Assembly: GCF_001194135.2 (NCBI RefSeq)
Contig: NC_068982.1
Span: 178,781,002 to 178,845,001, forward strand
DNA length: 64,000 bases
Direction of reading: 5' to 3'
Origin: Octopus bimaculoides
Lineage: Eukaryota
This document shows positions 26,358 to 40,545 of this stretch, piece by piece. The notes beneath the pieces were generated by a model. That model saw only the letters and a program-made list of their open reading frames with translations, did no database searches and was not told the DNA's origin. Every line of letters starts with the position of its first letter. Position 1 is the first letter of the stretch. Made by a program: the position numbers and the translations under genes.

Positions 26358-29300
26358 GATGAATAAGGCAATTATAATATTTAGAAGTCTGCGAATGAGA
26401 CCGGCATTCATCATTGATTCGCACAACAATTAATCTGAACGTCATCTTTAGACTAGACGTTCCCCGTTTCGCGGCCAATTCTCTTTATGAGTGTTTGTCA
26501 AACCACTCTTGATTTCTTAGCTTTCATGTCAGCAGAAAACAGACTTTTCTAAAAATATTAAATATTTGCATAAAAAAATTATATTAAATATTGATTCGCT
26601 TTTATGACTAATACTTCAAACGCCGCAAAATTACTTTCTCCACTGTTACCTTCTTAAATATAGTTTCCCAACAGATGCAAAATTGTTAAATCCACAATGT
26701 TTGTTCTTTCTGCGTCACACAAGTTGGAAATGTCATTAACATAACGTTGTGCATTTGCAATACTCTTCTGATATTTTTACCTACCATGCATATTACCAAT
26801 TCAATATAAAGGAAGAAAATATTTTTGTTTTTTGATAAAAATGATAATTTTCTGTAATTTTTCTTAAAATTCCAAGTGTTTCTTTTAAAATATCCTTCAT
26901 TTGGATTGTTCATATATTTTATCTCCAAATATTATATCCACTTAGGTGGGTCTTAGCCGCTATAATTTAAAAACTTTCTATTAATTGTAAAATTTACCCA
27001 GTCTTATCATTAATTAAGTGAAATTGTCAGCGGAAAAAGTTCCACATTTTGCTTCAAGAGCTGTCAAGATGTGTCAACGACTGCTGGTAATAGCAGTTTG
27101 GGAAACCTATTGAAACGTAGTTTCCTTGGTTGTATCGGGCGATTGACTAGTACCACCATTTTCTAATAATTTTACTTTCTTTATATTCTTGTTCTGATAT
27201 TGCCCTGTGAAAATGAACTTGCTGCAAGCTTGGGTTGAGTGATAGCTCTAACGTTTAAGTTACTTGGGTTCGGCATAAGAGTACGTAACTCACTGATATT
27301 TAACCATTAAATCATTATAGACATAAACTGAATGAGAGTTATTTATATATTAATTACTACCTATTATCGCTAAAACTGTAGTACATTTCTTAAATTTTCA
27401 ACTTACAATGAATCCAAACAAATGAAAAAATATAAAAATCTTTTTTTTCTTTCTATGAAATTCAAATTTCACTTATATCTGGAATATGAAGTTCAACTTA
27501 GCATATTATGAAAGCAAAGAACAATTGAAACGACCCTGATGCAGAATTTCCGTAGAATTAGATTAGATTACTATATTCTCGCAATTACACAATATCCGAA
27601 TAACACCCCCCCACCCAATACAATTTGTGTAACTTATGACATTTGATGTTCAATAAAGATTAACGTAATATGGGAATTTCTGTTCATGCATACATTTATT
27701 TCTTACTAGTATTAATTTACTAATGCAAACGTATACGCTGTGCATATATTTTCCATTTTTGATTGACTTTGAAATTTATTTACAAATATGACATAACGAT
27801 TAATTAGTTATAATTGGAAACGTTTCCAGGATGGTTTGTTCAGTGGGGAAACGTTCTTTTTGCGGACAATAGTAATTTGAGACATTTTGAAGATAAGTAT
27901 CAACAAACAAACAAATTGATCAACAAACAAACAAACAAACACATTGAACTACATGGGTAGTTTATTTCTTAAATACAAAATATTTTTAGTCGGTGTTTAA
28001 AAATGAAATTCCGAAAATAAAATCCGAAAATAATATTCTTCATCATCATAGCACATCTGATCTAGTACATGGAGCTTCATCAGAGTAAAATAAAATAAAC
28101 GAAGGGAAGAGGGAAGAGGAAATAGGGAAGAATAGGGCCTCGAAAAGATGCCAGAAGGCTCAATATATTAAAAACAAACCATGTTGCAGCGTGGAGCGTT
28201 AAAGTCGATAGGTAAAAGAGTGAACTAGCACTGGTCTGGGGAAATATTTACGGGTTATATCGATATAAAGGGGGAACCAGGGTGCTTGAATAGTAGTGAA
28301 ATGAAGTTAGTACTAAAATAAGACAAGGATTACCAGTATGTCTAGAAAAGGATTAGTACTTATGATATCGTACATAGGGCTACTAAATATTTATCCAAAA
28401 ACAAAACCGTAGTGTTCTTATAATGGTGTACTTACTGAAATATTGTAGAGACCACCATCTGTTGTCCACGATGGAATTGACCAAAGTCTATCTATCTCTA
28501 CAATTGTTAAATTATATTTGAACCAAGGGCATAATTTAAGACCGTTACAGCGGATATGTATATAAAGAAGGAAACGAACCAGTAAATAAAGGGTGCAGGT
28601 ACGGGGAGACTGTGATATAAGTGGCGCTTGGCCGCCTATGGCCTTCTGCAACTTATCAATATAACATAAATAAGAATAAAACGAATAGATAAAATACTAT
28701 CAGTCAAAACGCTGTAACTTATTTTATAGTTAAGGGGAGAAAACTAGTACAAGAGGTACATACGAATGGAATTACCTACAAAAAAAAAAATACATATCCA
28801 GTAAAATTCCAAGCGGTGGTAATAATGGACGAACAAGTAAATGTGTACAGAGACCTAAGTAAATTCTGCCCCATAGGTACACGGAAGGGCAAATGCACAA
28901 AACCACAAACATTTAAGCGATTAAAAATTAAATTTAAAACGCATGTTAGTTACTACCGTGGTTACAAACTCCGTATCCCAACAGGGTTCACTAAATCTTA
29001 CTGGATATGTATTATATTATCATAAAAGTTACATTGTTCATATCAATAAATTTATTAATTCTATTAACCCTTACGTGGGTGCAGCCATACTGGGTCTACC
29101 ACCAAATTACACTTTCAATCATACATGGTAAAGCAAAAGTGTACTAATACACCTACAATATGAACATAGACACTTACCACGAACTCATTCACCGAGAAAT
29201 CCTAAGAAATATAAAGTAGTCCCAAGAAGATCCCTTAAAACAATTAACATACAGGCCAAGAAAATCAGGCTGGAGTATAATATAGATGATAGAACGGAAC

Positions 29301-29371
29301 CTTTCACACCGATTAGACCTCGTATAATAGTTAAGGACCATAAGGACAATTACTTAGGTAATACACAGTTC

Positions 29372-29621
29372 ATAGGCGTAGGAGTGGCTGTGTGGTAAGT
29401 AGCTTGCTTAACAACCACTTGGTTCCGGGTTCAGTCCCACTGCGTGGCAACTTGGGCAAGTGTCTTCTACGATAGCTCCGGGCCGACCAAAGCCTTCTGA
29501 GTGGATTTGGTAGACGGAAACTGAAAGAAGTCGTACATATGTATATATATATATATATATATATATNNNNNNNNNNNNNNNNNNNNNNNNNNNNNNNNNN
29601 NNNNNNNNNNNNNNNNNNNNA

Positions 29622-29653
<32 letters not shown>

Positions 29654-29920
29654 TGCGTGTGTTGTGTGTGTGTGTGTGTGTATGTGAGTGAGTGTGTGTG
29701 TGTGTGTTTGTGTGTCTGTGTTTGTCCCCCTAGCATTGCTTGACAATCGATGCTGATGTGTTTATGTCCCCGTCACTTAGCGGTTCGGCAAAAGAAACCC
29801 ATAAAATAAGTACTAGGCTTACAAAGAATAAGTCCCGGGGTCGATATGTTCGACTAAAGGTGGTGCTCCAGCATGGCCGCAGTCAAATGACTGAAACAAG
29901 TAAAAAAGAGTAAAAAAGAG
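29372..29920 (+). mobile_element. SINE family B, full length, with central microsatellite
   Basis: A box TGGCTGTGTGG, B box GGTTCAGTCCC, CORE-like tgcgtggcaacttgggcaagtgtctt, (TA)/(TG) middle, 3' half, (gtaaaaaaga)x2 tail; possible TSD agttca. Confidence 0.9.
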
Positions 29921-30210
29921 TTCAGATAAATTTGCTCCAATGAATCCGATTTGGGTGAGCTCAGTCAAGCAATCCTGGACAAGTATATACCTACCCTGAA
30001 GAAAAAGATTAAACTCGAGTTTTGGACAAACACTCAAAGCGCAATAGGATGATTCTCTAACATAAAGCATAAAGATAAACATAAATTGTTGCAAAATTAT
30101 TACTCCTCCATAAGCCCCTCTACTCTAAATTGTGCGTTCATTTTTGCTAAGAGCTTTACTAGCATCAGTAGAAAAGAAATCAACGTAATACTCACGGCCC
30201 ATAAAACTAT

Positions 30211-30600
30211 TACTCTTTTACTCTTTTACTTGTTTCAGTCATTTGACTGCAGCCATGCTGGAGCACCGCCTTTAGTCGAGCAAATCAACCCGAGGACTTA
30301 TTCTTTGTAAGTCTAGTACTTATTCTATCGGTCTCTTTTGCAGAACCGCTAATTTACGGGGACGTAAAGACACCACCATCGGTTGTCAAGCGATGGTGGG
30401 GGGACAAACACAGACACACACATGCACATATATAAATACATATATATGACGGACATCTTTCAATTTCCGTCTACCAAATCCACTCACAAGGCATTGGTCG
30501 GCCCGAGGCTATAGTAGAAAACACTTACCCAAGGTGCCACGCAGTTGGAATGAACCCGGAACCATGTGGTTGTTAAGCAAGCTACTCACTACACAGCCAT
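30211..30600 (-). mobile_element. SINE family B, near full length, with a short central CA/TA tract
   Basis: Reverse complement of the 29372-29920 architecture. Confidence 0.9.
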
Positions 30601-32494
30601 GAACTTGATAATAAATTGTGGGCTAGGAAGGATACCCCTGATTTCTTTGATATTACTATGGNNNNNNNNNNNNNNNNNNNNNNNNNNNNNNNNNNNNNNT
30701 CTACAAGGATGACACACCCTTTTTTTTTATTAGAAGCACCTCTAATAGACGCCTTGAACTACTTAAGAAATGTCTGTATAAATCCTTTAATAGATTCGGC
30801 CTCTCTAAAATGAAAACTTCTATATCAACTACCTAGACGTTAATTGTAATTTAAATACAAGTTTACACCAACCTTACATGAAACCCAACTCTAACTTAAA
30901 GTCTCACTTCTAATGAGGACCTATATATAATATATATAATTTGAAATTATCTTCTTTTCAGTTGCTACTTATCATATCTAGTTCTCTGCACTTACTGAAT
31001 ACATCGTAAAAACAATATCATAAACGAATATTTCAGAGTATACAATGTTTGGTTTAGATTTAAGCTAATAATGCATCGGTGGGTATTAGAGCGAATTACA
31101 TTTCCTTTATTCAATAGAATGATCAACATTAATAATTATCTTTATGATAAAAACCTTTCCTTTTATTAATCAACTATATATTGAAGCGTATGTTCTTTTA
31201 CTTATTGAAATATACGTAAGAACCTTAATTCACAGGGGTAGTATTGAGGTAATAGTATCATTAGTTGGGAAACTATCGATGTTAAATAACTTCAATTTCA
31301 TTTTATTTAAGATTGGTTTTTATAATAACTGAAGCCATATTTGTATGTTTACAATTTCCTTATTAAACGTAAAATATAATTGTGTGAATATTGCTTATCT
31401 ATAGCTTGTATATCTGCCATTGAAAACTGTAGGTGTCCGTTAAATTGTCTAGCATCGTGGAATTATATTTTCATCAGTGTCTGACAAGCCGTCTTAGGTG
31501 TTAATAAAGAAACTAGTTTGTCAAAATAGTAAGAGATAAAGTGGAATCCAGCATACTTATATGATATATTTTTTATATATTATTTCAGGGGCAAAGTTTT
31601 TCCGAACAAAATAGTCATATATCAGAAACTATGCACAATACTTAAAAAATGAGACATCGTGTGTGTGTCAGTATTAAAAGACGCTTTATATCTCACTGAC
31701 AGTCATTATAATTGGATGTCTAGTGATATAGACATCAGTTTTGAAATATATCTTATTTCCGATTTGATATGCATTCAAGAAGTGTAAATATACCAAGCAA
31801 CAGAAGTTCGAAACGTTGGTTAAATGGAATGAAGACTACACGAATAAGTTAGTTTAGATAGAATAATGTTAAGAGGAATTGTTGTATAGGAAGACGTGGT
31901 TTGAAGAAGCAAGTTTAGTTTAAATTGCTGAAAGCTGGAGATTTTCTTTCTCTTTAACTTATAGAGAAACTGTCACGAACTCTTACTGCCTGCAGGGTCT
32001 CGTAGTACAGAAAATTGTCACGATCTAATTCTGCCTATGCTGTTTCGTATGAGAGAGATATGACTGGTTCTGCTAACGACTGGTATATGTCGTAGTACAG
32101 TAAACTCTCAAGTTCTATAATGTCTTGTAGTATTTTATAAGCAAGAATATCAGTTATTATCATTAGCTACAGTATTTCGAAGAATTTCAGTTCTATAAGC
32201 AGTTATGATATCTTATACTAGAGAGAACTACCTCTCAGTTACAACTTGTAAATGCAATGTTTTAGAGGACAAGTGGACTGACGTGACAGCCAATAGCCAT
32301 ATTAAACCGTAAATGGATTATTTAAATCATGTATCCAGAAATGTGTTTATTTCAGTCTTCATGCATCAGCTCTGTTGGACACTCTCATTGAATGCTTCAG
32401 ACGGGCAAATCAGCTTTATTGGTTATATTTTATATTTGTTATATATTAGTCTCTTATTCACCAGTTGTCAAGAGTTGAATACACACACACTCAT

Positions 32495-32635
32495 TTAGAA
32501 GGTGGGCTTCCGCACAGTTTCCGTCTACCATATACATTCACAATGAATTGATAGTCTCAGGAAGACTCTTGACCAAGGGGTCGTGTAGTAGGGCGGAACA
32601 TGAAGCCGCATGGTTCGAAGTCACACAGCTATGTG
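32495..32635 (-). mobile_element. Old SINE B-like head fragment
   Basis: cagtttccgtctacca...ttcacaa...cttgaccaagg...catggttcg resembles 30460-30580. Confidence 0.45.
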
Positions 32636-33306
32636 TGCATCTGACAGAAATTGCAATTATATTTATGTTTATTTTAATCAATGAACTAATTATTATAACA
32701 GATAGATACATTTCACTGCAAGATCATTCATACTCCTAAATGGCGATATTTTTCATTATCATATTTTTAACGGTTAGTCCACGTTTCCGCGAAAGAAAAT
32801 ACCATGTGAAATCTTTTCTGCACAGACAGAAAATGTCACTTTAACACAATTACAAACAAAACAATACCAAAATTAAAATTTCCCAGCAGTAATGTAATAC
32901 AGGTTCATTATAAGTTTCATATATTTTGTGTCTTATTGAAAAGTAACATAAATATATTTACTATTTGACTTATTTTAAAATTGTTTTTAGAATTAATTTA
33001 CTTCTGCTGGTCAATTTCATAATGTATGTACACAAAAATACCATTTTGGCGTTGGCTTTTATTATTCATAGTATACGAGAGTTCCAGAATATATGTTTAC
33101 ATGTAGGGGTCTACGTGCACATATGTCTGCGTATATATTCCCCACATGTGTATATACACGTATGTATTTACATACCTGGATATGCTATATATCAATGCAT
33201 ATACACATGCATACAAGCACAGACACACAGCACGCACTCACACAGCCTGCACACACACGTACATTCATACATACATATATATGTATGTGTATATATTTAT
33301 ATATAT

Positions 33307-33365
<59 letters not shown>

Positions 33366-34789
33366 NNNNNNNNNNGAGAGAGAGAGAGAAAGGAAGAGAG
33401 AGAGAGAGAGGAAGAGAGAGAGAGAGAGGAAGAGAGAGAGAGAGAGATTTATAATGGTATAGAATACAGTTATAGTTTAAAGCCACAGAGAGTACCATGC
33501 TTATACGATGAAAAGAGATGCTAAATCGTCGAACCACTCTACAAAAATGCACCGTCAAACGAGGATGTGTAAATGGATTATCTACTAACACCGACGTTGA
33601 GCTGAGGTTTCAAGTAGATCTGAATCATGATTCACATGAAATCCGACGATGGTATTTTGCACCGAAGTATCATTTTGTGATATATTATTTATTCACAATG
33701 TATTTTCCAATTAAATAAAAATCTCCTACAGGCTTTTGTAATATATTATTCAAAATATGTTTTAGATGTATAATTTGTTGCTTGCTTGTATTTAGAGCTG
33801 CCATCTTGTTTTCCATTAAATCAAATTTAATGCAGATCTATGTTAAATTTGTGTGCGTGAGTGTATGTGTGTGTGTGTGTGTGTGCGAGTGTGTGGAAAC
33901 ATTGATTCCTAATCAATAACACATCACATTGCTTAAAAGCAGTCTCTCTAGAATCTTCTAAACTGTATGTTAAACATTAGATGGAAATCTTTTACACCCG
34001 ATAGAAGTGTAGGAAACTGTTAACAGTGGTTTGATTCTGCCATCCGTTTCATTTGAGGCGTCCCAAGCAATTATTTATGGCAAAGTAGTTCGAAGCAAGT
34101 GTTTCCAACACAAGCCAAAACTACAGATCTCATGACTTCAACACTGCTAAGTGGGAACATCTCTCTCATCCGAGAGAGTAACGATCAGTGAATATGAAGA
34201 TTAGCTTGCAGACTGAAAATAGTGGAACCTCATATCAAACAGGCTGTTGATGTTCTGTATAGGAGAGAAACCGAGAGGGGTTTCACCTGCACTATCTATG
34301 CTCGTATTCCATGTGTATATGTGAGTCTTAACAGACAAGAATATTCATACGTCGAGACAATTTCGGAATGTTTATATTCATACACCCCTTCTAGTCCCAT
34401 CAGAGTACTGTCACATTTTATTTCCAATAGTGTGGCTCATCTGCTCTCGGGTCGAAAAGAATTCATATTAGATGCATGCACAAGGTTGGGCCTGTTATCG
34501 ATACTCAAAATTCAGTGTTACCTTTATGAAAACTAGCCAGAGTAAGTAGTTGTCTGAAGGACTATGACATAAAATCCATGAAGGAAGCAATGAGCACGTG
34601 GTTATGGTTGAAATTGAATTGATAACAACTATGCATATACACGCATATAAATATACATACATGCATGTATATATATATATATATATATATAATTGTTAAA
34701 GAAGACAAAAAACGTTAAGGCAAGGCAGACATCTAAAGTCATATACATTATTTTTATTGGAAATAATTCAAAGTCTTGCATTTACAGAG

Positions 34790-35346
34790 AGTGATAAAAA
34801 TCAAAAATCCAATCTCAACATCATGGTGTTTGGAGTGATCATTAGTGATGACGACGTTATGCCTCCAGTCATCTTCCCACACGGCCTCAGACTCAACACG
34901 AAGGGCTACATCAATGCTTGGCAATAGGACTCTGCACCATGCATACAAGGAGGAGAACCCAGTCATGGCTGTCAGACAATTTGTACGACCACAAAAGCCC
35001 TAACATCTGGCAACCTAACTCCCCAGGCTGCAACCTACTTCATTATTATGTGTGGGGCGCTGTTGAGTGAGAGACCTACAAAACTTCTTGTAACACCAAA
35101 GATGAACTAAAGGCAAGGGTTATGGCAGCTTTTCACCAACTTAAACATGGAAACCGTCCAGAAGAGTTGCAGGAGATTCCGAACTTGTCTGGAGGCCGTG
35201 GTTGAAGTCAATGGCGATTTTATTGAATAGAATTTACTCTGTAGTATTTCAAGATATTTTTATGTAATTTTGGTAAATATTAAATTTAGATGTCAGTGTT
35301 ATTTTCATTTTTGCGTAATTTAGAGGACAATGTATTCACCGCAACC

Positions 35347-35350
<4 letters not shown>
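34790..35350 (+). mobile_element. Tc1/mariner DD37D (maT-like) transposase 3' relic with right TIR
   Basis: MVFGVI.SDDDVMPP.IFPHGLRLNT; WQ*DSAPC; IWQPNSPGCN...YYVWGAVE; ELKARVMAAF; CRRFRTCLEAVVEVNGDFIE*; TIR-like end ...caccgcaacctgca followed by TA. Confidence 0.85.
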
Positions 35351-35384
<34 letters not shown>

Positions 35385-35425
35385 GGTTGCGGTGAATACA
35401 TTGTCCTCTAAATTACGCAAAAATG
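35306..35425. repeat. Perfect 120-bp palindrome: 45-bp TIR, (TA)15, inverted TIR
   Basis: 35306-35350 is the exact reverse complement of 35381-35425. Confidence 0.95.
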
Positions 35426-38099
35426 TTTATATANNNNNNNNNNNNNNNNNNNNNNNNNNNNNNNNNNNNNNNNNNNNNNNNNNNNNNNNNNNNNNNNNNN
35501 NNNNNNNNNNNNNNNNNNNNNNNNNNNNNNNNNNNNNNNNNNNNNNNNNNNNNNNNNNNNNNNNNNNNNNNNNNNNNNAATTATATATATATAAATTATA
35601 TATATATAGGTATGTATATGTAAATACCTATAAATTATTAGATAGAGAGGTAGATGGTTATACAAGAAATTGCATTTTTTCTATAATTTTTGTCAAGAAT
35701 TATTTTGACTCTAATGATAGATTTGTAAAATATTTTTTAAGTTATTGTGTTAAGTTCAGACATTTTCAAATCAATTATATGTATGATCAGTTATTCCAGC
35801 TATGGAACAACAAATGCAACATTAAAGCCGCAGGTGTAGAGAATTGTAGATTTACTCTAACTTTATATTTTACTATTTCAATACATACTTTAAGATGAAT
35901 TTTTTTTTATCTTATGGCAGTTTCCGAGCTAACTCAGCTGAAGTCCGGAAATACCAGCGTTGTTTGAAATATGTAAGAGAAACTCTTTTTTCTTAACATT
36001 TCATCATTATTCATTGGATTATATAGAGCATCTATTTTCCCTTCATGTAATCTCGTTTCGCTTATTGTAGATCATAATACTGGTAAAGTTGTCGTCGTCG
36101 TCATCATCATCATCATCATTAACAATTGCATCAATAACCAAATTTGCTACACTGCTAACTCAAAGATTTTGTTGAATTTCGAAAGTATGCTAATGGCTTG
36201 TCTGCCTTTCCGATGAATGTAATTATATTCCTCTATTGTGCTGACATAAAATGATGCTCATTTTATAGGTTTTTGAAGCAGTTAAAGAACTGTGTCAATT
36301 TCCTCCTACATGTAAACACAGCGTATCATCTTTGCCAACAGGAACTGGTGGCACAGGCTATTTCATATAGCTAAAACTCTCGTTTCTTTGATATCACTGG
36401 AACTTGGAAAGATATCTCAAAATCTACCATGAATAACAGCAGAAATGTAAGCACATTGCTCCCTAAATATAGTAACTGATTATACACATAATCGATTGAG
36501 AAACGTCAGAATTAAAAACACAACATGTATTTTAAAATATTTCATTAGAAATGAAATAATTCTCCCCTATCATTATAGAAAGAATAACCGATCCCTCATT
36601 GCTGAAAGTAATTAACGATATCGCTTACGGCTATAAGACGTCATGTGAATACATATATTAGATAATCACCTATTTGTGTAGTATAATTGATATGTCAAGC
36701 CAATGTCACGGAGAGACTTGAAACATATCTGAGGATAAAAGGACTTGATGTAAGCCATCCGCGTAGTTAATAAAACTGAAACAAAGCCAAATATGTCATG
36801 TAGACCCGTAAATTTAAATACTATAACGAACGTTAGATGAGCAACAGGCTCTTTTTGGCCTCTATGCAACATTCTCTAAAGTTTACAAGAATTTTAAAAA
36901 CGAAGTGCTCGTGGGAATATTAATTAACACCAAAAATGAAAGCAGCCAGTTTTGAATGAGATATTCCAATAATTGATTAAAAAAAACACGCCTAAAAGTA
37001 ATATATGGGACCCAACAATATATTACTCGGCAGGAAGTGTGAGGCAAAGACATTAACTTTTGTGTGGGACCTCCCAATGCCTTTCAACAAGTACTCATCT
37101 GTCACAGACTCAGCTATTTATCAATAAAGCGTTTGCATATTAAAAGCAGCATGCTTAAACTAACACGAGAGATACTGAGATACCTGTAACTGTCGGTTGA
37201 AATTCTTAAAGGCTTCTCATCTTTCGTTGAAAGATAGTTTTCCGATAGACTCTGAAGAGAAAACCCGGTAATGAGGTGTCAGGTTACATCCTCTAGAAAG
37301 GTGATACCAAGCTATGCTACTGTAAGACGTGAACCTCAGATTGCGATGAGACTCGGCATCACTTTGGTCATCCCACATAAACTTTGGCACAACTCCAGTC
37401 ATCTCGGCCTTCCTTGTCAATGGACCGAGAATTTAGTAAAACTGCTCCTCTGATTAAACACTCCTTCATATCATCAATTCCAGCCTAATTTAAGGTTCGA
37501 ACATCTAAGAATAAAAATCAAATGGAGGACCTTTTCCTGCGGTAGTCGGGCTAGCATACATATCTGCAGCGATGAAATATCGCCTTGTCCGTAGTTTTTT
37601 TCGGTTTTGGTGGTATACAAAGGGTAAAAGATAGGTGGGAGCATTCAGTTGTAATTGCTTAGTCACCTGTATGGCTTTGCCCTTTGTTACTAAATTTTCA
37701 AAAGAGCACTGTTGATGTTTAAGAGACAATGTCTTGGTTATTGTCAAGAACGAAGGATGAAGACTGCACATAAATAAATCTATCACGAATTTGATGCTGC
37801 GTCTAATATAATTTACTTTGAAAAATATCCTTGTAAGCACACGCATGTCAGAAGTACTCATTTATCATATTGCATTGAGATCTCCAATTATCTCGCTACA
37901 CCTGTTAGATATAGCAACCAAATCCTACAAAATACATTAAAATATTTTAAAAAGCAGACAGCACATGTTGGATAAAGTAGTCCTTACAGGTAAGGTGTAT
38001 GAAATAAGCCCGGGTGATAAGAGACATATAACCAGGGGTAAGACAACAACAACCATAGTAATTTTATGAAAACACATGGATATACAAACATACTGAAAT

Positions 38100-38360
38100 C
38101 AAGCATGAACAAATTTCGTTCATAAACTTTTGAAATGTTTTACGTCGAAACAGTTAAAAATCTGAATAATACGCGGACGATATAGGAATGATTTCATAAC
38201 AAATTGCAATGAAAGATGAGCAATGCTCTGCAAGGAATTTGTCACGCACATAGCTGTAACTGACAGGCCACAGGTCAGCTTTTTTATAGAATGCAATAAG
38301 ATTGTTACTAAAGAAGTCGTGCAAAATGCTGGTTGCGAAAGCAAAGGAACCATAAAAGAA
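38100..38360 (+). mobile_element. Very degenerate LINE RT fragment, possibly RTE group
   Basis: tac gcg gac gat ata gga atg att tca = YADDIGMIS at 38170-38196; flanks are poorly conserved. Confidence 0.35.
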
Positions 38361-38776
38361 TAAATGAATAAGTATAAAAAGCTAAATTAATTTCCTGTCC
38401 GTCTATTACTGAAAGAATACTTCTGATATTTCAAAATGCGAAACAAGAATATTTGAATATAATCCTGAAAATCTCTGTTAAAGGCTACAAGAGAGAATCT
38501 AAAGCAGAAAAAGACAGTAATCGTCCGAAAAAGTGACCATTTACAAATACCATTATTTAGCGAAATAAGGAACATCACTTCTATGAGCAGAATAGTGTGA
38601 CTGAATACATGAGAATTGGCCTATACTTGCAATAAAGATTTACATTGACCTGGTTAACACATTTTTACACAAAGAATTGATTGGCATCGAAAAAGATGCA
38701 TGCACCGATACGCTTGCGTAATTGACACTATTAAGGCATCATTTGCCAATTTGTCAATAGACTAACCGTTTTCCTA

Positions 38777-39106
38777 AAGCGTGGCGATGAAATCTGAAAG
38801 TAACACTGGGTAAATGAATGCATATCTTAGGAATTGAATTTTTGCAATTGTTTTTGTATCCTTCTATACGCTGGATATACAGATTTCCCGAAGCGGGGAT
38901 CGACACAACTGTCTTTACACGACTTACCTCAAGTTACTCCACTAAACACGATTCTCCAATAAATACAAACTCTTAAACGACTTCCTACCAATTCCACGAA
39001 TTCTCCACGACTTCTCACAGTCTCAATCAATGCGCTACTTTTTAGAAGAGTTCGGCTTGTCCATTCTTTCAATCCCAAAGGGGTATCAATGACTCTCGCC
39101 ACAACA
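38777..39106 (-). mobile_element. 3' LTR of a Gypsy element (about 330 bp)
   Basis: Minus strand starts TGTTGTGGCGA immediately after the PPT; terminal inverted motif gtggcga (38781-38787) and tcgccac (39096-39102). Confidence 0.65.
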
Positions 39107-39118
39107 TTTCTCCCTTTT
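39107..39118 (-). promoter_or_regulatory. Polypurine tract (PPT) of the Gypsy element
   Basis: AAAAGGGAGAAA on the minus strand, directly abutting the LTR-initial TGT. Confidence 0.7.
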
Positions 39119-40545
39119 GAGATTGAATTCTGTTGGAGGTTAATATTATTATGCTTTTTTTCATTTGTTTTCTTTTCCCCACATCTCTCTTTTTGAGATT
39201 TACTTCCTAAGGAAGTTTAACATTTCTTCCTTTTAGGCACTACTTCCAACCGTTCTGTTTGTTTTCACTTTCGTGTGCTGCTACGCCTAGGTGCGACTAC
39301 TTGTGGCATTGGAACATCAATGGTGTCGTAGATAACTTTCATTGTTATCTCCTTTCTTTTTTCCGTATATCTGTTTTTAGCTGGTTTAAATGTCTTTTGT
39401 TTTCCCATTGTTACCTCTTTTTATATACGTCATTTTTCCTATTCTTTTTGTTACTACTCCGACTTCCCAACCTTCTCTTCCACTTTTATATATTTTGAAA
39501 AACACCTCGCCGCCGATATTAAAATACTTTGCCGTATTGCTAGTATTTTCCCTATTTGTTTTTCTTACTGGTGACAGCTTGTCAAACATTGACTTTATTT
39601 TTCGAGCAAACATAAGTTCCGCAGGTGACTTGCCTGAACAAATGTTTAGGTTTGGTATTATCCTATAAAACCTCAACAACTGTGTCAATGCTGCGTCATG
39701 GAACCAGCTCGGTTCTTGTTTTTTTTTTCATGCTCTTTTAAATGTATCCACGAGCCATTCCGCTTGCCCATTTGATATTGGGTGATATGGCGGAGTAGAG
39801 ATGTGTTCAATTGCGTACATTTTGCAAAATGTTTTTAACTTATACGCCGTAAACTGCGTACCGTTATCGGATGCTATAGTCTCCGGGACACCATATCTTA
39901 CAAAGAGTTCATGAAGAAGTTCTATTGTTACCATGGAGGTTGGTTTCCTTCATTTACATATTTCCAGCCACTTAATATAACTATCTATTACAATCAAGTA
40001 ATACGCACCATTTACTGGTCCAGCAAAATCTATATGAAGCCTGGAACGTGGACTGTCGGTTTTAGGCTACGGTTGAAATTTTATCGGTAGTGACTTGGCT
40101 GCAAGAGCAAAACCTCTGCAGCATTTCACTGACTCTTCATTGTCACGGTGCATTGTAGGCCAATGACTTCTCATAAGTGACTTCTCATAAGCGATTTCAT
40201 TCACGAAATCCCTGAGTGACCAATATGAAATTCTTTTAATAAACGCTTTTGTATTGCGGCTAGCACTACAACTCTGCATGCATCAACTCATTGTCGCATA
40301 GGGAGAAATAATTCGCATTTGTGTTGCGCATATTTTTATTTTTAGGGGGCCATCAATGTTTTTTTCATTTTTATAATGAATTTATCGTTCACCGACTTTG
40401 ATTTTCCGTCTGGTAACGTAATTGGCAGTTCCTCAATGACGTTACAGGGAACATTTTCAATTTCATCTGCCGACAGGTTTCTATTTATGAAAAACACGTA
40501 CCTCGATATTAGAACTTCTACATAAGGCGAAGACATTTGTTTATC
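39119..40545 (-). mobile_element. Gypsy/Ty3 pol relic (integrase zinc-binding and core domains plus upstream linker)
   Basis: ORFs 40067-40279 (HWPTMHRD..E.VKCC), LHIDFAGP, 39728-39934 (YGVPETIASDNGTQF...PPYHPISNGQAE..VDTFKRA), 39386-39688 (SPAELMFAR); frameshifted. Confidence 0.92.

Larger units (their letters stand above)
29100..30661 (+). mobile_element. Penelope-like element RT fragment interrupted by two SINE B insertions
   Basis: Manual translation across the insertions: INIQAKKI...DDRTE...VKDHKDNY; SDLGELSQAILDK...WTNTQSAIG.FSNIKHK..KLLQ; YSSIS..TLNCA; LWARKDTPDFFDITMG, as in the PLE RT motif FDVTMGSxDG. The 5' boundary is uncertain. Confidence 0.8.

Noticed and set aside
28070-28095. 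Other CTGATGA matches (minus strand near 4540, 16565, 28080, 31475; plus strand near 46975, 53740)
   Set aside because: None is followed by a stem and GAAA; the 7-mer is expected several times by chance
36270-36450. Putative exon after ttttatag (VFEAVKELCQFPP or FLKQLKNCVNF)
   Set aside because: Both frames hit stops before the only strong donor (gtaagc, about 36447)
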